The notes beneath the pieces are model-generated. The model was not told the origin of the DNA. It worked only from the letters and a program-made list of their open reading frames with translations, and searched no databases. Of a stretch of DNA of 64,000 nucleotides, positions 31,984 to 39,699 are shown one piece after another (position 1 is the stretch's first letter; every line of letters begins with the position of its first letter). Origin of the DNA: an uncultured Candidatus Binatia bacterium (GTDB taxonomy: Bacteria > Desulfobacterota > Binatia > Bin18); the NCBI GenBank assembly GCA_965214605.1, contig OZ243961.1:1792001-1856000 (forward strand), given 5' to 3'. Position numbers and translations under genes: made by a program.

Positions 31984-32775
31984 CTACAGAGTATCCTCGG
32001 CAATCCACGTCGCCGCTTCGTGTATCGAAGCGCGGTCGAGGTGCGCGTAGCGCGCCGTCGTCTCGATCTCCCGATACCCAAGCAGCCGCGCGATCATGGG
32101 CAGCGACTCGCCGAGCGCGAGGGTGCGGGAGGCAAAGCTGTGTCGCAGGTCGTGGATTCTCACTTCCTTAATGCCGAGTCTGTCAAGAGTAGCGGTAGGT
32201 GTTCCGAGTTCGCTTCGGGGGTTTCTGCGAAAATCCTCGACCGTAACGTGGCCGAGGTAAATCTCAGTGAATCTCATGGGAGCGCGACCTGCGGCGGGTT
32301 CCGTTTCATTGTCCACCTTGTAGACAAACACGCACCTCCACTGTTCTTGTGCGCCATGGGTGTCGACTGCCCCTCCCGCCTTGCGAGTGCTCTTGACCTC
32401 AACCCCCTCTTCGCCGGCCTTCACCGCGTCGTTCGGGTAGATTCCGTTGACGACAAGATCCGGGTGTCTCTTATGATACCGGTTCTCGACGAGCACACGG
32501 GAATGCCGCGCCATGCTCGCCGTGATCATGTCCGAGATGAGCCCCGACATCGCGGCGGGCCGCAGCATGTCGTCTAGCCGCTTCAGTCTCCTGTCGGACA
32601 GATACGTGTTCGCATCGAAGAAGAAGTCATAGATGTCCTGCATGACAAGCCCGAAATCCTCCAGGCGGAGCATGAAGGGTAATTCCGCGTCGCGATTAAA
32701 CATCAAGGAGTCGGGCGTCTGGCGAACGATGGGCATGGGCTGAAGAGACTCTGGCTTGAAGGATCGCGATGGCAT
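31984..32775 (-). CDS. Chimera: restriction-endonuclease-like PD-(D/E)xK protein fused to an integrase C-terminus
   Basis: 'HPDL...GVEVKST' followed by 'VRIHDLRHSFAS...ARLLG...TTARYAHL'. Confidence 0.7.
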   Translation of the reverse strand: MPSRSFKPESLQPMPIVRQTPDSLMFNRDAELPFMLRLEDFGLVMQDIYDFFFDANTYLSDRRLKRLDDMLRPAAMSGLISDMITASMARHSRVLVENRYHKRHPDLVVNGIYPNDAVKAGEEGVEVKSTRKAGGAVDTHGAQEQWRCVFVYKVDNETEPAAGRAPMRFTEIYLGHVTVEDFRRNPRSELGTPTATLDRLGIKEVRIHDLRHSFASRTLALGESLPMIARLLGYREIETTARYAHLDRASIHEAATWIAEDTL

Positions 32776-32846
32776 CCACGGACCGACCGGATGAAGTCCA
32801 GAGATACGCCGTCATCGTCCTCGTAACAGTATCCTCGTTCTTGAAC

Positions 32847-33253
32847 TAGTGTAATGTCCTTAAAAAATAGTGATTCAGAAGTTTTAGGCAGAGCCTCGCG
32901 GCTCCGGTGAACTTTTTCAAGAATTTCGTCAACAGTCTTCATCCAGACGAGAGGGCGTGGGTTTTCATTATAGCTGAGCAGGTAATCGCACAAACACTTC
33001 TCCAATTGAGGCACCAAGGTGAAGACGCCACGACGAACCTGCTTCTGCGTGGGCATGGCGAAGGAAGACGCCGTTTCGTCAAGGAGACCGGTGCCTCAGA
33101 TCGGCATGATCGGTCACCAGTGCTCCTCAAGCGGAACCTGCAGCCGAACGATTGCACGGGTGACGGAGGCATTGAGCCACCGAGCCCCGCGATTTCGGGG
33201 CTAGAAGGCTTGGAGGGCTGAGGAGTAGGTCGTTTCCACTGACAGAACCACTA
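32847..33253 (-). mobile_element. IS630-family remnant, internally deleted (~407 bp)
   Basis: 'VRRGVFT..QL...YL..YNENPRPLVW.KT.DEIL'; imperfect IRs TAGTGTAATGTC and (reverse strand) TAGTGGTTCTGTC with terminal TA. Confidence 0.7.
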
Positions 33254-33623
33254 CGCTCCGCGCAGGACGGCACCCAAGTCCGCTTCCGAAATGTTTACGG
33301 AGAAATCAGCCTCAAACATAACTCCTATAATACCGTCGTTTATGTCGATAGGAACGAATATACTGCGTTTGTCTCGAGAATTCTCACAGATCGACCTTGC
33401 ATCCTGTTGAGCAGATCACGCCTATCTGTACGTCCTCTTCTTCTGCGTCTTCAGTTCTCCATTTGCTCCCTAATGTTTCCTAGACGCTGAGCTAGGCTTC
33501 AGTCTCGGCACCCGGTTGAGGATCTTACGCCCCCATAATTTCCAAAAGACTCTGCTGATTGAGACTACGGCCACTCCTGTGTCACTTGTCGACGCAGACA
33601 TCCTAACAGGTCGTCAGGAATGT

Positions 33624-33868
33624 TTTTTTATGTTAAGGAAGCTATCCCATTTGCGCACTCAACAAATAGGGTGCCAGAATAGTTCGACTTGGGGGAGTTT
33701 TCAGGACCTGACCAGACAGAGCCGCGTCACAATCGTGCCATAACCTGGCGGCTGAACTCTGTGACAAATTCGGCATAGCCATTCGTTGGCGGGATAAAGG
33801 CTACCTGCTTGACCCCGGCAGCTTCGAGACTGTGCAGCCGCTCAACAAGCGCCTCGGGCGTTGCAGTC
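33624..33868 (-). repeat. 245-bp repeat, copy B (inverted 3' fragment of the LLM gene at 8784-9854)
   Basis: Encodes TATPEALVERLHSLEAAGVKQVAFIPPTNGYAEFVTEFSRQVMARL*; ~95% identical to 9713-9957. Confidence 0.95.
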
Positions 33869-33999
33869 GATGGAAGGCTGAACAAGAAATGCAAAAGCTG
33901 CTTGATCTTTCGTCGATTACAGCCTATGTGACTTGGTAATGTTATGATTTTCCGGTAGGCGCGCCGGCGAATCACAATCTTCAGGGACACCAATCGGAC

Positions 34000-34227
34000 A
34001 TGCCGATGACACCTGAGCAATGCCGCATGGCCCGGGCAGGACTGTACTGGAGCCAAGTCGAACTCTCACGCCGTTCAGGGGTCGCTCCCGCAACCATTGC
34101 CGCATTCGAAAAAGGTGTCAGGAAGCCTTATCCCAGAACGATCAGAGACCTGGAACTCGCTCTCAAGAAAGCAGGAACCGAGTTCCTGAACCGTGGTGCC
34201 TGCGTAGCCGAAGAGCCGGGCCGATGA
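34000..34227 (+). CDS. XRE-family HTH regulator (controller-like)
   Basis: 'QCRMARAGL.WSQ.ELS..SGVA..TI..FEKG..KP...T...L..AL..AG.EF'. Confidence 0.88.
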   Translation: MPMTPEQCRMARAGLYWSQVELSRRSGVAPATIAAFEKGVRKPYPRTIRDLELALKKAGTEFLNRGACVAEEPGR

Positions 34228-35378
34228 ACGACGGAGTTGCACCTGCGGATCAGCCACCGTTGGGGTCGGTCGGCTCGGTGCCGGTGGAGCGGCTTGCGCT
34301 AGACTCCCTCAACCCCCGCTTGGTGACCGTGAATGGCGGGGCCACCGACGAGGAGAAGATCATCGCGCAGCTCTACCGCGCGGAAGACCTCGGGGAGCTG
34401 CTGCAATCGATCGCGGCCAATGGCTACCTGGATATTGAGCCGCTCATCGTTCTGGAGGAGGGCGAACGTCTTGTCGTTCTCGAGGGTAATCGGCGTCTGG
34501 CAGCCATTCGCTTGTTCCGAGAACCGGAGCTCGCCGCGCGGGTCGGCAAACGAGGACGGCTGCGAATTACCCTTCTGGATATGCCGAAGCAGTACCGACC
34601 CACTCTCGATCATGTTTCAGTGTACCGCGTCGCCAGCCGAGAGGACGCGCGTTCTTTCATTGGGTTCAAGCACATCAATGGCGCCGCGAAGTGGGAGTCC
34701 TACGCAAAGGCGAAGTTCGCGGCCGATTGGTATCGTGGTGGTGGGATAACGCTTTCGGAAATTGCGAGCCGAATCGGTGACAAACACGATACTGTGAAGC
34801 GGATGGTCAATGCCATCTATGTGCTCGAGCAAGCGCACGCTGCGGGCGTGTTTCAGATCGATGACCGGTGGAGTCCACGTTTCAATTTTTCCCACCTCTA
34901 CACGGCACTTTCACGCGCGCCCTACATTCAGTTTCTCGGCCTCGACGCGGCGGCGGCGTGGGCCAGCCACGATCCGACCCCCAATCCGGTCCCTGATGAC
35001 CGGGTGGACTGCTTGTCCGAGGTATTTCGGTGGGTATACGGGTCGAAGGAAGAGGGCGTTGAGCCGGTCGTTCAGTCCCAGAACCCAGACATCAAACGCC
35101 TGGGAGAAGTTCTCGCGAGCGCCGAAGGATTGGCGGTACTGCGAGCGAGCGGATCACTCTCCGAAGCTCACGAAAGCATCGGGCCCGCCGACCGGAAGTT
35201 CTCCGAGGCGTTGCTCCGGACTCGCCGCGAGATCCGGGAGGCATCCCACAGCTTGCGCGGCTTTGACGGCCGCGACATGTCGCTGGTTGGCATCGCAGAA
35301 GATATCTCCGAGACGGCTCAGACAATTTGTGATCGGATGAGGAAAAAGGTGCGCGACGCCGCGATGGGCAACGAATGA
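34224..35378 (+). CDS. ParB/Sulfiredoxin-like N-terminal domain protein
   Basis: 'LD..NPRL', 'SIAANGY..EPLIV', 'VVLEGNRRLAA'; ATGA overlap with the HTH stop codon. Confidence 0.8.
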   Translation: MNDGVAPADQPPLGSVGSVPVERLALDSLNPRLVTVNGGATDEEKIIAQLYRAEDLGELLQSIAANGYLDIEPLIVLEEGERLVVLEGNRRLAAIRLFREPELAARVGKRGRLRITLLDMPKQYRPTLDHVSVYRVASREDARSFIGFKHINGAAKWESYAKAKFAADWYRGGGITLSEIASRIGDKHDTVKRMVNAIYVLEQAHAAGVFQIDDRWSPRFNFSHLYTALSRAPYIQFLGLDAAAAWASHDPTPNPVPDDRVDCLSEVFRWVYGSKEEGVEPVVQSQNPDIKRLGEVLASAEGLAVLRASGSLSEAHESIGPADRKFSEALLRTRREIREASHSLRGFDGRDMSLVGIAEDISETAQTICDRMRKKVRDAAMGNE

Positions 35379-36377
35379 TGCCTGCGATCTACCTTCCATC
35401 TGACGAGTTCACCGGCTCCTACTCCCCCAGACTTGGATCTTGCAGCCGACTATCTTGAATTAAAGGCAGCCCTCTCCGCTAATCGGCAAGCATTTAGCGC
35501 GGCCGTCGTTGACGCTTTGGAGCTTGCAGCTGAGACGGAATTCGCGGACGTCAACGCCGAAATCGAGCGTCGCGAAGAAGTCGCCGCAGGCGCGATCGCC
35601 CGCATGACGTCGCGAAAGCGAGTGTTGGCTGCGGCATATCCGTTCGAGCTCGATGGCCATGGAGACGCTGTGCTCTTCACTGCGGATCAGCCGGACCTTG
35701 GTCAAGCCGCGTACCTGATTTCGCTCCTCCTTTCCAACCTTCGCGCCCATTCGCCGCTGCTTGAAGATCCCGAGCTGCATCCTTCGAAAGGGGAGGTCCG
35801 CCAGCTTCGTCAATACTTCCAATATTTCGCAACGGCCGCCATCGCGGCGGAGATTCAAGGGCCTGCGTGGTCCTTCGGTGCTCCCCGGCCGGACAAAACC
35901 GGGTTCATCAATAAACTCGGCGAAATTTGGGCCGTGCTGAAGGATGGGACCGTCAACGCCGATCCGTCCGCATCTGACGCACCAAAGGACGACCAGGTCG
36001 ACGTGTTCGCTTGGCGTCAACAGGCAGACGGTCTTCCTGGCTTTCTTCTCGTTGCGGCCCAAGTCGCGACGGGCAAGAACTGGAAGGACAAGTCAATCAA
36101 ATCGCACATCGCGGGAGTGTTTCAGAAGCGCTGGTTCCAATCCACTCCGGTGACGGACATGGTAGCATACCACGTAGTGCCGTTCGCTCGACCAGACAAC
36201 AAGTTTCGGGACGATGTTTTGGTCCTAGGGAATATCCTGCACCGTCTTCGCGTGCCTCGCCGCGTGTCCGAAGCTGCGAACCTTGAACGAGCGGGCGTAA
36301 TGATCGAGGCGTTCGATCAGCTGGACAGCGCCGTACGATGGATAGGCGCCTATCTCGAACGTGCGAGAGCGGCATGA
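35375..36377 (+). CDS. Putative restriction-fold nuclease (QxAxG type) with a 1-nt frameshift near the 5' end
   Basis: 'KDDQVDVFAW...AAQVATGKNWKDK'; the ATGA-coupled start at 35375 joins the 35433 frame if one C of the C5 run at ~35424-35428 is removed. Confidence 0.6.
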
Positions 36378-36840
36378 GGCATCGTTTCCACTCCCTTTGT
36401 CCGTATTTCGCGATGTTCCCCGAGAGCTTCGTTGAAAAGCATCTCGCGGCAACGAAATTCAACGGTGTGGTCTTCGATCCATTTTGTGGACGAGGCACGA
36501 CAATATTCGAGAGCCTCATTCGCGAACGGGCTGCCGCCGGTTGCGACATCCATCCCGTGGCTGTCTGCGTATCGGGGGCCAAGAGCGATCCACCGACCCA
36601 CCTTGAGGTCTTGGAACGTCTCTCTCAGTTGGAGGAGGAGAGTTTCAGCTTCCCACCTGGCGACCATGTGGGAGAGTTGTCCGAATTCTGTGCTTCGACC
36701 CTGTAACCTTTGTGCAGATCCGATTCCTGAGAGAGAGACTATCGTGGCACCAGGATCGCACAGACAGATTTATCGCCGCCTTGTGTCTCGGTGCGTTGCA
36801 CGGAGAATCTCATCGCAGCCCGAATTACTTCAGCAACAGG
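36374..36840 (+). pseudogene. Amino (N4/N6) DNA methyltransferase, N-terminal part only
   Basis: 'RFHSLCPYFAMFP', 'FDPFCGRGTT', then frameshift 'LGALHGES..YFSNR'; ATGA-coupled. Confidence 0.78.
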
Positions 36841-37118
36841 GCGACGTCGAGGAGTTCGTGGCCGGCACGAGCCGAAACGCACGGAAGTACATGGCGTCAC
36901 TGCTCAGGAGCGGGGTGCTGCGGAATCACACAGCGCAGACGTTGCGTAAGGCATCGACCGGTACGCAGCTGGAGATCGAGGTCCGGGACGACAAGGTTGT
37001 GATGCCCACCGGAAGTGGTGAAATCACGGAACTGATGCGATTCGTGAACGACAGGCGGTATGTCGGGCCTGTTTCAGGCGATGCGTTCATCACCAACTCA
37101 AGGCGACCTGCGACCTAA
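36840..37118 (+). pseudogene. KwaB (DUF4868)-like C-terminal remnant
   Basis: 'KVVMP....EI.ELMRFVNDRRY.GPVSG..F.TNSRR' resembles DUF4868 C-termini. Confidence 0.55.
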
Positions 37119-37575
37119 TCGGGCGGCTTCTTCTCGATCAGCACGTATTCGGCGAGACGGGCGACGTCGAGCGTCTCCCCTATTTTGTAGATGCGGCGAT
37201 TGGCAATGAGGACGTGGGGCATACCGTCCGTCTCAGTCACCCTGTAGAAGTGGTAGCCGAGGAAGATGAGCAGCGGATTGAAGTGGAAGCCGTAGCTGGT
37301 AGCGACGACCAGACAGAAAAGCAAGGTCACCAGAATCCATGCGAGCCAATTATAAGTCGTCAAATCTCGACGGTCGCGGCGCGATAGATTCTCGACTGGA
37401 GATGGCTCTTGGCGAAACGAAGCAAGCCCGCGCAAAGGAGCACCAATAGAATGCAGCCAGCCACGAATGCAGCGGCGTACCAGTAATCACAGTTGATGAC
37501 CGATACAGCGGCATAGGTCAGGAGAACCGGCGCGAAGGCTGTGACCGCCAGGAGGAGTTTAGCGAGCTTGCCCAC
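37115..37575 (-). pseudogene. KwaA-like membrane protein, frameshifted or internally deleted
   Basis: Three TM segments, 'TAFAPVLL', 'FNPLLIFLGYHFYRV'. Confidence 0.55.
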
Positions 37576-37928
37576 GACGACGGCTCGTTTGTACTTCGTC
37601 TCTCTCCATCGAAAGACAAGTGCGCGGGGTGTCAGACACGGATGAGGGGTCCGGGTTCGACACGTACCACGGCGCCGCAAAAGCGCACCGTGCGGCCGCC
37701 CGGATTTGGACGCCAGTGCGTCTGCCATGTTGTATTGCGTTTGCATTGGGGTGGGCGTGCATTGGGCAGAGCATTGTCGCATTCGCTGGAAGCAGGGTCA
37801 ACGGTTTGCGGTGTCGCGCGCCGGCCTCTAAGAGAGTTCTCTGAGTACGGATTCCGCCAACGGGGCATTGACCTCGCGCCCCGCCGAATCGGTCCGCGCG
37901 ATTGAGGGACGGAAAGGAGATTACTGCC

Positions 37929-38753
37929 GTGAAGTCGATGCTGCTGGCAGTAGGGATATTCATCGGCGCGATGGCATTATTCGCCACCGTGCCTGGGCCT
38001 GCGTTTCTTGGCGTGTCGGACGTTGCGGTGCGCTCCTTCGACGCGTTGGCGAACACTGTCGGACGGATTACGGATCAGGCGAGCGGATTGGTGCAGACGA
38101 CGGTCCATCGGACCGAGGCGTCCACCGCGGTTCTGTCGGGCCGACCACGGGTGATCGATGGCGACACGATCGCCGTGGGTGGGACGCGAGTACGTCTGCA
38201 TGGCGTGGATGCGCCGGAGAGCGGCCAGAGTTGTGTTGCCGGCGGTGCGCGCTGGCCGTGCGGGCGCCAGGCGGCCCAAGCACTCACTAGACGGCTTGGG
38301 GGCCGAAAGGTCGTCTGCGAAGAGCGTGACCGGGACCGTTACGGCCGCATCGTCGCGGTGTGCCGAGAGGATGGCCGCGACATCAATGCCTGGCTGGTCG
38401 CCGAAGGTTGGGCGCTGGCGTACCGGCGGTACTCACTCGAATACGTGGACGAGGAGTCGGCGGCGCGGGCAGCGCGGAAGGGAGTCTGGCGCGGAGAGAT
38501 CGTGGTGCCCTCGGACTGGCGCCGGGGGAAGCGCCTGGAGCGCGCGGCGCGGACGAGCAGTCCGGCGGCGGAAGCGGCGCTGAAGCGCTGCAACATCAAG
38601 GGGAACATCAACCACAACAGTGGCAGACGGATCTACCATATGCCCGGCGACCGCTACTACACGCGCACCCGGATTACTCCGTCGCGGGGCGAGCGCTGGT
38701 TCTGCTCGGAAGCCGAAGCGCGCGCGGCAGGTTGGCGGAGGGCGCGCCGGTAA
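37929..38753 (+). CDS. Secreted thermonuclease (SNase) with ExoI-type C-terminal domain
   Basis: Signal/TM segment; 'VIDGDT', 'RLHGVDAPE', 'DRYGR'; 'CNIKGNI..IYHMPG..YY...GERWFCSE.EA.AAGWR'. Confidence 0.9.
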   Translation: MKSMLLAVGIFIGAMALFATVPGPAFLGVSDVAVRSFDALANTVGRITDQASGLVQTTVHRTEASTAVLSGRPRVIDGDTIAVGGTRVRLHGVDAPESGQSCVAGGARWPCGRQAAQALTRRLGGRKVVCEERDRDRYGRIVAVCREDGRDINAWLVAEGWALAYRRYSLEYVDEESAARAARKGVWRGEIVVPSDWRRGKRLERAARTSSPAAEAALKRCNIKGNINHNSGRRIYHMPGDRYYTRTRITPSRGERWFCSEAEARAAGWRRARR

Positions 38754-39009
38754 GCGGCACGGCGGAAAGCGGCGGGTTGGCTCCGCCTCCGGAAAACCCG
38801 GAAACGGACGCTCAACCGGGCAAAGCCGGTGCGGGGTTCGTCCTTGGTCGCAGACGGCTCATGCGACACGAAGAGTCGAGGCACGACCACCTCCCAAGTC
38901 TCGGAACGCAGCATTCGCTTACGTGCTTCGTCTTCCTCGTCGGCGGCCCAGCGGGTGAAGACTCCCAGCACCGATGCTCGAGTAATGACCATGCCACGCG
39001 GCAGTGTCC

Positions 39010-39334
39010 ACTTTCTCGCCATGCGGGCAGCCAGCACTCTTGCGCATGGCGGTGTTATGGCGAGCGATCAGGTTGCGCATGGCGGCTGCTTCCTCCGTCG
39101 CTGCCAATCCGTGAAGCCGCACGATGCAGAGGTGAAGAAGCCGACGCAGGAAAACAAGCTCCCCGAAGTCCTTGTCCTCGGTGACAAACACGCGGTTTTG
39201 CCGGTATGCAAGGTCGAGCAACTCCTAGTCGGAGGCGCTTGCATATCCGTCGGCGGAAAAGACATCGTGCCCGAGACCGGTCAACGTCGTGTGCAGAGCG
39301 CTTGATGCGACGCAGAATCCAGGAGAAACTTCAC
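39010..39334 (-). pseudogene. DUF5615 PIN-like toxin pseudogene
   Basis: 'VKFLLD', frameshift, 'GHDV...SD*ELL..A....RVFVTEDKDFGEL'; GTGA-coupled to the DUF433 gene. Confidence 0.78.
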
Positions 39335-39588
39335 GAAGCCTCTCGGACAGTGATGCGGTCATATAGATGCTCTCCGGCCATCGAACGATAAGCGAAGATC
39401 AGACATGCCTGGATGTCCTCCGGTTCGAGAAACGGATACTCGCTCAGTATCGTCTCGGTAGTATCGCCTGCGGCCAGCTTTCCGAGGACATGCTCCACGG
39501 CGATCCGCATATCGCGGATGATCGGCTTACCGCCGAAGATGTCGGCGCGAACCGTGATACGGTCCAACAGTTCGGTTTCTCCCGTCAC
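39331..39588 (-). CDS. DUF433 antitoxin
   Basis: 'RITV..DIFGGKPIIRDMRIAV..VL..LA.G...E.IL.EYP.LE.EDI.ACL'. Confidence 0.9.
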   Translation of the reverse strand: MTGETELLDRITVRADIFGGKPIIRDMRIAVEHVLGKLAAGDTTETILSEYPFLEPEDIQACLIFAYRSMAGEHLYDRITVREAS

Positions 39589-39699
39589 TTGCGTCTCCTT
39601 CTCTTTTGCCGGCACCTTCCGTCGCAACAGGCAGGAGCCTCCCAGAGCAGCTGGGCACGTTCCAGTTTCCAAGGCTCAATGAGGGACTCTTCAGCAATC

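Noticed and set aside
31603-32577. 324-aa plus-strand ORF
   Set aside because: Antisense to the small protein and the REase-integrase chimera
33150-33200. tRNA 3' fragment (att site) on the minus strand
   Set aside because: The T-loop-like CTCAATG lacks the TTCRA consensus, the stem is mismatched and no cloverleaf or CCA is seen
9713-33868. Diversity-generating retroelement (TR/VR pair)
   Set aside because: The 12 mismatches are not confined to adenines in either copy, most lie outside the coding part, and no reverse transcriptase is present in the window
34020-34223. 68-aa N-terminal extension of the ParB-like ORF
   Set aside because: It overlaps the XRE gene; the ATGA-coupled start at 34224 is more plausible
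37620-37680. tRNA suggested by GGTTCGA
   Set aside because: No T-stem, acceptor stem or anticodon arm can be formed
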